64,000 bases of DNA from an uncultured Verrucomicrobiae bacterium. GTDB taxonomy: Bacteria; Verrucomicrobiota; Verrucomicrobiia; Chthoniobacterales; UBA10450. The notes beneath the pieces are model-generated. The model saw nothing but the letters and a program-made list of their open reading frames with translations. It was not told the DNA's origin and ran no database searches. Shown piece after piece: positions 38,473-48,575 of this stretch. The translations under genes were made by a program, and so were the position numbers. Every line of letters starts with the position of its first letter. The first letter of the stretch is position 1. The DNA lies in the NCBI GenBank assembly GCA_963801815.1, contig CAWDGJ010000002.1, positions 608,001 through 672,000 on the forward strand, read 5' to 3'.

Positions 38473-39243
38473 ATGAATCGGTTGGAAGGAATTTTGCAAG
38501 CGAAACGCAACGAGATTGCGCGGTTGCGGCCGCGTCGCACGGAATTGGATCGGCAAGCGCTCGCACGAACGGATTTTCGCAGCTTTCAATCCGCCCTGCA
38601 GCAAGACAACGAAAAGATCGCGGTGATCGCCGAGGTAAAAAAAGCTTCCCCTTCCGCGGGAGTTATCGCGAAGTCGTTCGAGCCGGTCGAGATCGCCGAG
38701 GATTACGAACTGAATGGGGCCAACGCGATTTCAGTTTTGACCGATGCAGAGTTCTTTCAAGGAAAACTGGAGGACCTCGTAAATGTACGAGGTAACGTTT
38801 CACTGCCTGTGCTTCGGAAGGATTTCATTTTGGATGAAATTCAGATCGCCGAGTCGGTGGCAAACGGCGCGGACGCCATTTTGTTGATTGTGGCAGCACT
38901 GGAACAATCGCAACTTGTCGATCTCCTGAAATCGGCGGCAGAATACAAAGTCGCCACACTTGTTGAGGTTCACACTCAAAAAGAACTGCATCGGGCACTC
39001 GAAGCCGGCGCGAAGATCATGGGAATCAACAATCGCAATCTCGCCACTTTCGAGGTTGATCTCGGCGTCACCGAAAGTTTGTGTCGCGAAGTTCCCGATG
39101 AAGTCACGCTGGTGAGTGAAAGTGGAATCAAGACCTCACAAGACGTCGCGCGTCTGAAAGCGTGCGGCATAGACGCGATCCTGGTCGGCGAAGCGCTGAT
39201 GCGCGGCCAAGTCTCGATCGAAGAGCTGCGCGCTGCGGATTGA
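38473..39243 (+). CDS. trpC: Indole-3-glycerol phosphate synthase
   Basis: IAEVKKASPSAG, SVLTD, LRKDF, LVEVH, GINNRNL, SESGI, LVGEALM. Confidence 0.97.
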   Translation: MNRLEGILQAKRNEIARLRPRRTELDRQALARTDFRSFQSALQQDNEKIAVIAEVKKASPSAGVIAKSFEPVEIAEDYELNGANAISVLTDAEFFQGKLEDLVNVRGNVSLPVLRKDFILDEIQIAESVANGADAILLIVAALEQSQLVDLLKSAAEYKVATLVEVHTQKELHRALEAGAKIMGINNRNLATFEVDLGVTESLCREVPDEVTLVSESGIKTSQDVARLKACGIDAILVGEALMRGQVSIEELRAAD

Positions 39244-39304
39244 ATTGTCGATTGCTTGCGTAAACTCGACCGTTTAAAGCGGTCAAGTTTTGGTCAGCGC
39301 AGCA

Positions 39305-40189
39305 TCACGATTTCCGGGTTGCGAAAGCGCGCCGGATTGATCGCCAAAAGCCGCGCGGCTTGGCAACTGCGCCGGCGCGCGCAACCAGCACGGGGCAGTT
39401 GGCATGATTCAAAATTGTGCGCGTGAGATCGCCCATGATGTAATGCCGCAACATCCCACGAGCCCGGGACGAGCCTGTGACGATTAAATCGTAATTTTGC
39501 TCGCGCGCTTCGGTGAAAACCTGATCGATGACGATACCGTGACGGATCCTCACTTCCGTGGGCACGCCGCCTTTCTCCAAGTCCAATTTTTGCTGGCACA
39601 AATTCATTCCGAGCTCCGATTTCGACGCGAGTAAGCGATCGACATCTTCTTCGAGCCGGACTAGATCGGCGTACATTGCGGGCGGTTCGGCCATGACATG
39701 CAGCAACGTCACGGAAGCGCCGACGGCCCCGGCTAGTTTGCCGGTCAGTTGCACTGCCTCTTCGATGAATTCCTTTCCACCAGTGCAAACCAGAAAACGT
39801 TTGAGCTGTGCCCACTCTCCCACGGCCACCAAAACCGGCGGCGAGATGGCTTTGATCAGCTCGTACATCGTTTCTGACCGCCAATGCAAACCAGTCGCGC
39901 CGGTTTTCCTCGCGCCAACAATCACCAAATCGTACTTAACTTTTGTCGTTTCGTTTGAAATCTGACGAACCGGATCGCCTGCGCACATCTGGATCTTCGG
40001 CGACACACTTTGCGCCCGCAGCGAGTCGACTTGTTTTTCCAGCGCCTGTTGCAGCGCAGATTCGTCTTCGGGTTTTTCGGCAACGCCGAGCACGACAACA
40101 TCCGCTTTAAGGGGCGCGGCGAACGCTGCGCCGAGACGGATGGCACTCTCGGCGGCGGGCATTCCATCGCTGCAAATCAACATTTTCAT
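39305..40189 (-). CDS. Tandem universal stress protein
   Basis: Two USP domains: DLVIVG, DLIVTG, ILNHANCPVLV. Confidence 0.9.
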   Translation of the reverse strand: MKMLICSDGMPAAESAIRLGAAFAAPLKADVVVLGVAEKPEDESALQQALEKQVDSLRAQSVSPKIQMCAGDPVRQISNETTKVKYDLVIVGARKTGATGLHWRSETMYELIKAISPPVLVAVGEWAQLKRFLVCTGGKEFIEEAVQLTGKLAGAVGASVTLLHVMAEPPAMYADLVRLEEDVDRLLASKSELGMNLCQQKLDLEKGGVPTEVRIRHGIVIDQVFTEAREQNYDLIVTGSSRARGMLRHYIMGDLTRTILNHANCPVLVARAGAVAKPRGFWRSIRRAFATRKS

Positions 40190-40195
40190 GCGGCG

Positions 40196-41098
40196 TTACA
40201 ATTTGTGTCCAGTCATCAACGTGTAAATCACAATAGCCGCACCGATTAACGGCAGCGGCACGAAGGCGAGCCGGATTTTCGGACCGGCGAAATATTGAGT
40301 TGAGATCGCGCCTATCTGCGCGCCCACGGCCGCGCCGGTGTTCATGACAAGGGCGATCAGGATGTCGACGTTACCTTTGATGGCGTGAGTGAACGTTCCG
40401 TAGCTTGCTGAAATAATAATCTCGAACAAATCAGTTCCGACTGCGAGATGAGTTGGAATCCCGAGGACGTACACCATGGAGGGCATTCGGATGTAGCCCG
40501 CGCCCCCACCGAGAAAACCGCCGAACAGTCCGCCAATGAACGCCACCACCAGGATGACCCAAAACGAAACCGTCACTCCGGAAACGGGTAAATCCACCAT
40601 CGGCCAAATCTTGAAGCGCTGAATTCCGCGGGCGAAATGGCCAAATTCAGAATGATCCTCCTTCGCTTTTTTGCCGCGCCCGCTGGACGACTTCAGAGTC
40701 TTGTGGCTCTCCCAAACCATGAACGTGGAAATGCTGAGATAAACCACGATCGAAACAATGCTGACAACGAAGTTTACGTTACCCGCACGCTTCAGGACCT
40801 GAATTAGTTGCGCGCCGATTTCCGCGCCGCCAATCGTGCCGACCGCCATGATCAATCCGAGTTTAAGATCGACATTCCCCAGTGCGCGGTGGCGTTTGGC
40901 CGCAACGACTGATTTACCTACGATGTGCGCCAAGTCTGTGCCAACGGCAAAGTTCCAATCGAGTCCGACCGCTCGCAGTGCCGGTCCCGCGATGAAACTG
41001 CCGCCGACGCCAAAAAATCCGCCGAGGATCCCAATCAAAAACCCGATCAGCGCGAGATAAATTGGGCTGATGTGCGCGCCAGAGATCGGAAAGGGCAT
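40196..41098 (-). CDS. Sulfite exporter TauE/SafE family membrane protein
   Basis: GFFGVGG, two AVGTDL repeats, multiple TM helices. Confidence 0.9.
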   Translation of the reverse strand: MPFPISGAHISPIYLALIGFLIGILGGFFGVGGSFIAGPALRAVGLDWNFAVGTDLAHIVGKSVVAAKRHRALGNVDLKLGLIMAVGTIGGAEIGAQLIQVLKRAGNVNFVVSIVSIVVYLSISTFMVWESHKTLKSSSGRGKKAKEDHSEFGHFARGIQRFKIWPMVDLPVSGVTVSFWVILVVAFIGGLFGGFLGGGAGYIRMPSMVYVLGIPTHLAVGTDLFEIIISASYGTFTHAIKGNVDILIALVMNTGAAVGAQIGAISTQYFAGPKIRLAFVPLPLIGAAIVIYTLMTGHKL

Positions 41099-41100
41099 AA

Positions 41101-41343
41101 TTATTCAGAGCGACCGCGGAGCATTCGCAAAAGAAATGTGGTCACACTCTCCAGCACCACCGCCTGGCCGATGATCAGGAGAATTGCGATTATCGCGTAA
41201 GTGTAACGATGGTGGGTCTCGAGCCGATAAAGCCACCCGCCGAGGAAATGGAGGACCAGAAAGAAATAAGCCACGACCAGCGCCGCGTACACAACCAACT
41301 CGATAGAAAATGCTCGAAGAGTCTTGGCTGTTTCCTTTTTCAT
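41101..41343 (-). CDS. Small two-TM hypothetical protein
   Basis: Hydrophobic ORF ending 2 nt before tauE. Confidence 0.7.
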   Translation of the reverse strand: MKKETAKTLRAFSIELVVYAALVVAYFFLVLHFLGGWLYRLETHHRYTYAIIAILLIIGQAVVLESVTTFLLRMLRGRSE

Positions 41344-41465
41344 TCGTTCCACATTCTTCGCTTCGGAGCGCGTTTACGGCCGGGTCTGATTGTTCAAGAG
41401 GTCAAATCCCGTTGCACGTCCATTCGTTTATCCTTAACGTTTCGATCTCACTGAACGAGATAAAT

Positions 41466-41699
41466 ATGGCCGACGCGGCAAATAAATATCCCGAAAACGC
41501 TCCCGGAAAATTCTACGTCGACGAACAATGCATCGATTGTGATTTGTGCCGCGAGACGGCACCGGCCAATTTCAAACGTAACGATGACGGCGGGCATTCC
41601 TACGTTTACAAGCAACCGGAGAATCCGGAAGAAGAAGCTGTTTGCAAGGAAGCAATGGAGGGTTGTCCGGTCGAAGCGATCGGTAACGACGGGTCGTGA
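41466..41699 (+). CDS. Ferredoxin (single cluster)
   Basis: YVDEQCIDCDLC...GCPVEAIG. Confidence 0.93.
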   Translation: MADAANKYPENAPGKFYVDEQCIDCDLCRETAPANFKRNDDGGHSYVYKQPENPEEEAVCKEAMEGCPVEAIGNDGS

Positions 41700-41710
41700 C
41701 CGCTGCGCGG

Positions 41711-41836
41711 AAACACCAAGCAACAAACTCCAAATCCCAAGGAAACTCTAACTCCAAACGGCTAAACGAGAGACACGGTTTTGAGGTTGGGCGGTTGAAT
41801 TTTGGGATTTTGTTGGGGTTTGGTGCTTGGGGTTTT
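41711..41836. repeat. Inverted pair of 7-nt-periodic tandem arrays
   Basis: aaacacc aagcaac aaactcc aaatccc ... ttgggat ... ttggggt ttggtgc ttggggt. Confidence 0.75.
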
Positions 41837-41894
41837 GTGCTTTGATGACAGAATTTGTATCGTGAGCCCATCGGGAAAAATCACCCGGCATCTA

Positions 41895-42671
41895 ATGCCA
41901 GTTGCGCTAACAATCGCTGGTTCCGATAGCAGTGCCGGTGCTGGAATTCAGGCCGATCTGAAAACATTTGGCGCGCTGAACGTTTACGGTTTGAACGCGG
42001 TGACCTGCGTTGTCGCGGAAACGCCTGGCAAAGTCTCGCGAATCCAATCGATCGACCCGGAAATGGTCCGCGCCCAAATTGAAGTGATGGCCAGAAATTT
42101 TCCAATTGCAGCCATGAAGACAGGACTGCTCTGCTCGGCCACGATCATTTCGGTCGTCGCGCGCGCGATTGTCGATTTTGGGCTTCGGATTCCGCTGGTA
42201 GTTGATCCCGTGATTACCGCGACCGGCGGGGATCCACTTCTTAAACATGACGCGATCGAAACTTACGAAAAAGAGTTGTTTCCACTCGCATCGCTCATCA
42301 CGCCGAACCTCGATGAAGCGTCGCAATTGCTTGGCCGAAAAATTACCGATCGCAAAACGATGGAAGAGGCCGGGAAAGAGTTAAAGGACAAGTTCAAAAG
42401 CGCGATCCTGCTCAAAGGCGGTCACTTGTCTGGCGCGGAAGCAGTCGATTTTTTATTTATCGATGAACACGTAACCGAATATTCAGCGCCGTTCGTTCGG
42501 GACGTCATGACCCACGGGACGGGCTGCACTTATTCGGCGGCGATCACCGCCGGGTTAGCAAAAAATCTGTCGCTCAGAGATGCGGTCGCTGCTGCGAAAG
42601 ACTTTGTGACCAGCGCAATTCGGAATCATTGCCGATGGGGAAATATTCACGCGCTCAGCCATTTTGCGTAG
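41895..42671 (+). CDS. thiD: Hydroxymethylpyrimidine/phosphomethylpyrimidine kinase
   Basis: LTIAGSDSSAGAGIQADLK, VDPV, TPNLDEA, LKGGH, THGTGCT. Confidence 0.96.
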   Translation: MPVALTIAGSDSSAGAGIQADLKTFGALNVYGLNAVTCVVAETPGKVSRIQSIDPEMVRAQIEVMARNFPIAAMKTGLLCSATIISVVARAIVDFGLRIPLVVDPVITATGGDPLLKHDAIETYEKELFPLASLITPNLDEASQLLGRKITDRKTMEEAGKELKDKFKSAILLKGGHLSGAEAVDFLFIDEHVTEYSAPFVRDVMTHGTGCTYSAAITAGLAKNLSLRDAVAAAKDFVTSAIRNHCRWGNIHALSHFA

Positions 42672-42719
42672 CCACGGCGTTGTGCCGTTCTCAATGACAC
42701 GCCACAGGCGCGGGGCTAC
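42668..42719. repeat. Degenerate GTAG-type REP between convergent thiD and rnc
   Basis: gtagccacggcg...cgcggggctac termini. Confidence 0.55.
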
Positions 42720-42732
42720 AACGTTGCCCACC

Positions 42733-43437
42733 TTATGCTCGACGCTTCTTCTTCAACTTCTTCCAGCGTTTGAGCTGCATCGCTTCTTCGGCCGCAGCGG
42801 TCTCCGCTTGTTTCTTGCTGCGGCCGCGACCTTTCCCGAGGACGATCCCTTCCCATACCGCCTGCACTACGAATCGCTTGTCGTGTTCGGGGCCACTTTG
42901 CGACAGAACCTCGTAAACCGGACTCTTTGGCGAAATGCTTTGCAATAATTCCTGCAGGTTCCCCTTCGGATTAATATCAACCGGTTCCTCGGCAAGCAGC
43001 GCCAAATCCGTTTTCGCCTGCGTCAAAATAAATTTCCGCGTTTCCTCCAAACCGCCGTCCAGATAAATCGCGCCGATCAGCGCTTCGAATGCATCGGCCA
43101 AAGTGGATGTTCGCGCGCGTCCTCCACTCGCTTCTTCGCCGCGGCCCATTAATAGAAACTGGCCGAGGTCGATCGCGGCAGCGTGCGCCTTCAACGCATC
43201 GCGCGAAACCAGCCGCGACCTCAATTTCGTCAACTGCCCTTCGGGCTGGTCTTTAAAGTGCCCAAAAAGATATTCAGTGATCACGAGTTGGAGAATCGCG
43301 TCTCCCAGAAACTCCAATCGTTGATTGTCGAAATGGCGTTGCTGGGTCTCATGACCGAGACTCGGATGAGTCAATGCTTCGGCTAACAGCAGTGGATTGC
43401 GAAATTTGTAACCGATTCGTTCTTCCAGCGGATGCAC
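42733..43437 (-). CDS. rnc: Ribonuclease III
   Basis: ALTHPS, NQRLEFLGDA, ADAFEALIGAIYLDGG, dsRBD SKKQAE; GTG start. Confidence 0.97.
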   Translation of the reverse strand: MHPLEERIGYKFRNPLLLAEALTHPSLGHETQQRHFDNQRLEFLGDAILQLVITEYLFGHFKDQPEGQLTKLRSRLVSRDALKAHAAAIDLGQFLLMGRGEEASGGRARTSTLADAFEALIGAIYLDGGLEETRKFILTQAKTDLALLAEEPVDINPKGNLQELLQSISPKSPVYEVLSQSGPEHDKRFVVQAVWEGIVLGKGRGRSKKQAETAAAEEAMQLKRWKKLKKKRRA

Positions 43438-43438
43438 G

Positions 43439-44545
43439 TCAATGCTTCTGATAGATTTCCAGCGAGGTGACGACGTCCAGTGCACGCTGCAATACCGTAT
43501 CGCGCGACGGTTGGCTCGATCGTGAGCGAAGCCGGCGTTGCGCGTCCGGGATATCCAGCTCGGGATTCGTTCCGGCTATTAACGCTGCTTCGTTCAGGTG
43601 CGGCCGTTCGGTTTCATAAACAAATGAGCCCATTCCTTTCTCGGCACTTTGCCGAAAGATCTGACGTTTGTCCGCCTCCGACATTTCGACCGGTAAATCG
43701 GGTTTTACTCCGCCTGGAAACAACGGCTGACCATCAGGCAGAACCGCTTCGGCGGATGCGATCCGGAGAATCTTGCCGCTGGGCAAGGATTGATCGGAAT
43801 ATTCTACGGCTCGGCCGGCGGTCATTTGGCCGATGATCAAAGCTTTGTTGTAAAGTTTGAGCACGGCGGCGAGCGCTTCCGCGCCGCCAGATGTATCAGC
43901 ATCGGCCAGGATGACGATTAGTCCCTGGAATACGGGATCGCGGTCTGAAGTAAATTGTCGATCCTGCCGTACGGCCGGCTTGTGCACATTGAACAGAGTT
44001 TTTCCTTTTGGACAAAAACGTCTCGCAAAGTCGGCGGAGCTCGCGAAATCTCCGATCTTGCTGGCGCGAAGATCGACAATCAGCCCGTCAACCTTCTTCT
44101 GGCCGAACTCCTGCAGTTTCTTGTCGAGTTCCTTGAGATTTCCGCCGTTGAGCTCACCGAGGCGCAAATACCCGATATGGCCTTCGAAAATTTCGCTGTA
44201 AAACGGAGAACTCGGTTCAGCCGTCGCGGCCTCGCGGTTCGGCAAAAGCATCAATCCGCCCGGCATACGAACCAGCAAACCTGTAAGGGTGGCCCGATTC
44301 AGTTCCGCGTCTGTGATCGCATCCGGACTGGTGAAATTCGCTTTTAAGAGTGAAAGCGCCGCTTGCAGATCGGCCGAGCCTAAAGAGTTAATAACCTGCT
44401 CGGTCGTCGGCGTTGGCGAAGGCGAGGGAGATTTAGCGACTGCCGGACTGCTACTTGTCGGCGCCGAGGAAGGCGCGGGCATTTGGCCGAAGACCGCGCC
44501 CACGCCAAATATCGACACCGCCGTTGCCGCCGCCCAATTGAACAT
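43439..44545 (-). CDS. S41 (Ctp/Tsp) peptidase-like protein, catalytic residues apparently substituted
   Basis: IGYLRL, IVDLR, GVKPD motifs; TSGGAE and TAGRA where SASASE and TxGKG are expected. Confidence 0.75.
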   Translation of the reverse strand: MFNWAAATAVSIFGVGAVFGQMPAPSSAPTSSSPAVAKSPSPSPTPTTEQVINSLGSADLQAALSLLKANFTSPDAITDAELNRATLTGLLVRMPGGLMLLPNREAATAEPSSPFYSEIFEGHIGYLRLGELNGGNLKELDKKLQEFGQKKVDGLIVDLRASKIGDFASSADFARRFCPKGKTLFNVHKPAVRQDRQFTSDRDPVFQGLIVILADADTSGGAEALAAVLKLYNKALIIGQMTAGRAVEYSDQSLPSGKILRIASAEAVLPDGQPLFPGGVKPDLPVEMSEADKRQIFRQSAEKGMGSFVYETERPHLNEAALIAGTNPELDIPDAQRRLRSRSSQPSRDTVLQRALDVVTSLEIYQKH

Positions 44546-44556
44546 CGCCTGAATTC

Positions 44557-45828
44557 TTAGCTGCTTGCCGCGCCAAGAGCAATATCGCGCCGGAAATGAC
44601 AGCCATCGAAATGGATACCCGAAACGGCCTGGTAAGCCCGTTCCCGCGCATTCTTAATGGTGAGTCCAAGCGCGGTCACCGCCAGAACCCGCCCCCCGGA
44701 TGTCACGACTTCGCCATTCGCGTTTTTCGTTCCGGCGTGAAAAACCTGAACCGCTTCAAGTTTGGCGGCATCGCTCAAACCCGAAATTCTCTTCCCGGTT
44801 TCGTACTTGTTTGGGTAACCAGCCGACGCGAGAACAACTGTTACCGAGGCGCCTTCGTTCCACTCGATCGTTTGAGCGTCGATTTTCCCGTCGATGGTCG
44901 CATCCAACAATGGAAGCAAATCGGACTTCATTCGCGGCAACAGTGCCTGAGTTTCCGGGTCACCGAAGCGGCAATTGAATTCGAGCACGCGCGGCCCATC
45001 GTCAGTGATCATTAATCCGGGATACAATAGACCGCGATAGACAACCCCTTCCTGACACAGTCCGTCCAACAACGGTCGCATGATTTGGTTTTCAAATTGC
45101 GACTGTAGTTGCGAGTTCCAATTGTTGGCGGGACTAAATGCACCCATCCCTCCGGTGTTTGGACCTTTGTCGCCATCGAATACGCGCTTGTGATCTCGCG
45201 CCGATTCGAGCATTCGATAATCTTTTCCGTCTACAAGGGCGTGCAGGGAACATTCGCTGCCCTTCAAAAATTCCTCGATGATAATCCGTTTGCCGGCGTC
45301 GCCGAAACGCACTTGGTTCATCATCGCGTTGATCGTCGACTTCGCCTCAGTCAACCTGGACGCGATGATCACGCCCTTGCCGAGGGCTAGTCCGTCGGCC
45401 TTAATGACGACCGGAAACTTGAGCTGCTCGGAATACTCGAGCGCTGCCTTGCTATCCGAAAATGTGTGCGCTTCCGCGGTTGGAACTTTTCGTGCGCGCA
45501 TCAATTCCTTGGCAAAAATCTTGGACGACTCGAGGCGCGCCGCGGATTTGGTCGGTCCAAAAATCCGCAGCTTGTCGCCCGTGAACAGGTCGACAATTCC
45601 CAGCGCCAGCGGGTCGTCCGGGCCGACTACGGTGAGATCGATATCGTTCTGCTTCGCGAAGGCGAGCAATTGCCCGAGATCGGTCGCCGGAATCGCGACG
45701 TTCTCGGCAATCGCTCCAGTTCCGGCGTTCCCCGGCGCACAGAAGATTCGGTCGACTGCCGGTGATTGCCTCAGTTTCCAAACCAGGGCGTGTTCGCGGC
45801 CGCCGCTCCCGATCACAAGAATTTTCAC
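44557..45828 (-). CDS. purD: Phosphoribosylamine-glycine ligase
   Basis: GSGGREHAL, KADGLALGKGV, GPNTGGMG, EFNCRFGDPETQ, GGRVL; GTG start. Confidence 0.97.
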   Translation of the reverse strand: MKILVIGSGGREHALVWKLRQSPAVDRIFCAPGNAGTGAIAENVAIPATDLGQLLAFAKQNDIDLTVVGPDDPLALGIVDLFTGDKLRIFGPTKSAARLESSKIFAKELMRARKVPTAEAHTFSDSKAALEYSEQLKFPVVIKADGLALGKGVIIASRLTEAKSTINAMMNQVRFGDAGKRIIIEEFLKGSECSLHALVDGKDYRMLESARDHKRVFDGDKGPNTGGMGAFSPANNWNSQLQSQFENQIMRPLLDGLCQEGVVYRGLLYPGLMITDDGPRVLEFNCRFGDPETQALLPRMKSDLLPLLDATIDGKIDAQTIEWNEGASVTVVLASAGYPNKYETGKRISGLSDAAKLEAVQVFHAGTKNANGEVVTSGGRVLAVTALGLTIKNARERAYQAVSGIHFDGCHFRRDIALGAASS

Positions 45829-46015
45829 GAGAAGGCATTGTAGAGGCGGCTGTGTCGGCTGCAACGCATTCGCAAACAGGCAGGCGAGATCGCGATCTTT
45901 GATTCGACGCCGACGCGCCCCCAAATTAGTCAAACAGGCTAGTATTGCCTATACAGCGATTTCAGATTGTTACATCCGGACTTGCGCGCAGAAGGAGCGC
46001 ATCTTAAAAAGTCGT

Positions 46016-46384
46016 ATGGCTTCAGTGATGGATTCGCAGTGCCCGTCGCGTCTCGTTCTCGACCGGATCGCGGACAAATGGACCGCGCTAATCATTCAAC
46101 TGCTGGCGAAAAAGACAATGCGTTATGCGGAGCTCCATCGGGAGATCGGCGGTATCTCGCAAAAGATGCTGACGCAAACGTTGCGTAGCCTCGAACGCGA
46201 CGGTTTGGTGAATCGCAAGGTCTATCCAGTGGTACCGCCGCGAGTCGAGTATTCGCTTTCCAGACTTGGGCGGACCCTCATCGAGCCGCTGCGCGGTCTG
46301 TGCCGTTGGTCGGAAAAACATCTCGCGGAACTGCAGGCAAACCGGGCCCGAGCCAGGGCGAAACACGACGCCGCAGCGGGTTAG
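46016..46384 (+). CDS. HxlR-family winged-helix regulator
   Basis: CPSR..LDRIADKW, GISQKMLTQTLRSLERDG, VPPRVEYSL. Confidence 0.93.
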   Translation: MASVMDSQCPSRLVLDRIADKWTALIIQLLAKKTMRYAELHREIGGISQKMLTQTLRSLERDGLVNRKVYPVVPPRVEYSLSRLGRTLIEPLRGLCRWSEKHLAELQANRARARAKHDAAAG

Positions 46385-46428
46385 AGCGACTGCCACAATT
46401 CTCGAGGCCCGGATCTCGACTCTCGTAG

Positions 46429-47359
46429 TTACTCCGAGTTTAGCTCGAAGTTAATCTTCACGTCGTAGTGATCGGCTTTGCCCAGCCCGTCCGGCAACGG
46501 TTCGACCTGACTCACACGGTTCGCCAGCGCTTTAACGGAATCATCGAGCTCTGCATTTCCCGACGAACGAACAATTTCGAAACTCGAGACGTGTCCATCT
46601 TTTTCAATGCGGAGCTTCACCAGCACTGAATTTTTCCCGCCGGCATCGGCGACGTGACGTCGGCTGGGCCCATTCGCTGTAAAAACGATCATGCAACATG
46701 CTGCCGTACCAACCGAACTGCGATTCGTTTACGCTTCCACCGGCGCGTCCACCGCCCGCTCCCTTGGTTGTGCCTTTACCGGCGCCAGTTTGCGTGGCCG
46801 GAGATTTTTCCGCGGGCTTTGTGTCGGGAGATTCGTTCTTGGCCAAAACAATTTTCTTCTTCTCTGAGTCGGGTGTTTCGGACTTTGCAACGGCCTCCTC
46901 CTTTTCTTCATGCTTCGGCTTTGGCTTGGGTGACGGCTTCACTTTGGCAACCGTCAGTTTCTTCGGCGACGGCTTTGGCGCGGGTTTCGGAGTCGGCTTT
47001 GGCATTGCCTTCCGTTGCGGGGTCGCACTCGGTTTCGGTGTTGATGTCGATCTAGGCGATGGCGCTGGAGTGGACAATTGAATTTCGCTCGGGGCCGACG
47101 TTAGAACCGGCTGGTCGGCGTCTTGCTGTCGCGATTTCTCGGTTTTCGACTCTTCGCGCAGCGGAGATTTTTCACGAACCTCCGGCTCCTTTTTCTCCGT
47201 CACGATTCCATCCCCGGCGCCGCCGTTCATCCAAACCACACTTTGCGCGCCCGCGTTGTTGTTGCTTGCGCTGCTCCAGCGAATTAAACCGATGAAGAGC
47301 GCTACGTGCGCGGCGGTGATGAGGCCGACGTTCGTCCAAAACCGGAGGTTCTTCGGCAT
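46429..47359 (-). CDS. TonB/TolA-like energy transducer; frameshift near 46660
   Basis: TM with His (AAHVAL), Pro/Lys-rich linker, C-terminal IEKDG.V...SSGNAELD domain in the next frame. Confidence 0.85.
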
Positions 47360-47361
47360 TG

Positions 47362-47778
47362 CTATTTCTGCTCGGCCCGGGTCGCGATTCCCACCTTCAT
47401 GATTTGGGCACGCTGCAACGCGTCCATCAACGTGATTAGTTTCTGCACGGGCAAATCGCGATCTGGCCGGATCACAACTGCAATTTCAGGATTGGCCCGC
47501 TTCATTTCGCTCAACCGCGCCGTCAACGATTCAAGATCCACAATTTGATTGTTGAAACGAATCGATTCGTTGCGATCGATCGAAACGGTTTGCACTTGCG
47601 TCGCCATAACCGGCGGATTTTTCGCGCCACTCGAAGGGATAATAAGATTCATGCTGTTCTCGAGCAGGGGCGTGGTGATCATGAAAATGATGAGCAGTAC
47701 GAACGCGAGATCGAGCAATGGCGTGATATTGATCTCGGAGAGGGATGACAAACTCTGCCGTTGCGAATAACGCCTCAT
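47362..47778 (-). CDS. ExbD/TolR family protein
   Basis: EINITPLLDLAFVLLIIFMITTP. Confidence 0.93.
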   Translation of the reverse strand: MRRYSQRQSLSSLSEINITPLLDLAFVLLIIFMITTPLLENSMNLIIPSSGAKNPPVMATQVQTVSIDRNESIRFNNQIVDLESLTARLSEMKRANPEIAVVIRPDRDLPVQKLITLMDALQRAQIMKVGIATRAEQK

Positions 47779-48526
47779 CTCCGAAAGGCCGACTCGCGCA
47801 CCGCGTGATCGACGAATTTATGTTCAAGCTCGGACGCCAGTTCAGCCGCAAAGTTGTCCATCTCCACGATCATTCCGCGAATGCGCGTGACCAGAAAGTT
47901 GTAGCCGAACATCGCCGGAATCGCGACGCAAAGAGCGGTCACGGTGGTGATTAAGGCGCCGGAAACGCCTGGCGCCATCGACGCGAGGCTCGGCGCACCG
48001 GCCTCGGCCACGCCGGTGAACGCGTCCATCACGCCCCAAACCGTACCGAGTAATCCCAGAAACGGCGACCCACTGACCGCGGTGGCGAGCAAAATCATTT
48101 GCGACTCGAGCCAAGCGCGGTTTCCCCCACTGCGCGTTCCATCGCAGCCGTGACCGAGCCCATTTGCGGCGCGGAAATTTTGTCCGCGATGCCGAGCCGC
48201 GCTTTAAAGGTTTCGTCGACTTCGGCCGAGCCAAGCAACTGAAAGGTAATCTCCTGGCACCCCGCGCGGTAAACGTTGAAGAGTGGCGAACCCGGAAAAC
48301 GGGCATTCTTTTCAAACAAACGCAACGGTTGCCGGTCCTGTCGAAAAGCATGGAGAAAACGCGCGTTTTGTTTCCGCGCGAACTGGACCACGCGCAGCTT
48401 CGTGACCATCACCGACCAGCTGAAGATCGACGCGACCGCGAGAAGAAGCAGAACGAGCTTGCCGGCAATGGTGGCGTGTTCAAACGCAAAGAGCAGACCG
48501 CCGGCAGCAATCAACAACGCTATCAA
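47775..48526 (-). CDS. ExbB/TolQ family proton channel; frameshift near 48115
   Basis: SIFSW, SPFLGLLGTVWG, APGVSGALITT, AIPA. Confidence 0.9.
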
Positions 48527-48575
48527 TCAATTCACCCGCCGGAACTATTAGCGGATTCTGACGAAAGCGAAAGGG

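Noticed and set aside
41700..41894. TPP riboswitch upstream of thiD
   Set aside because: The conserved CTGAGA and ACCTG..TAAT..CG.AGG elements are not present; the region is explained by heptamer arrays.
45278..46015. Long N-terminal extension of HxlR, and other long antisense ORFs in the track
   Set aside because: Shadow frames of genes on the opposite strand (here purD).
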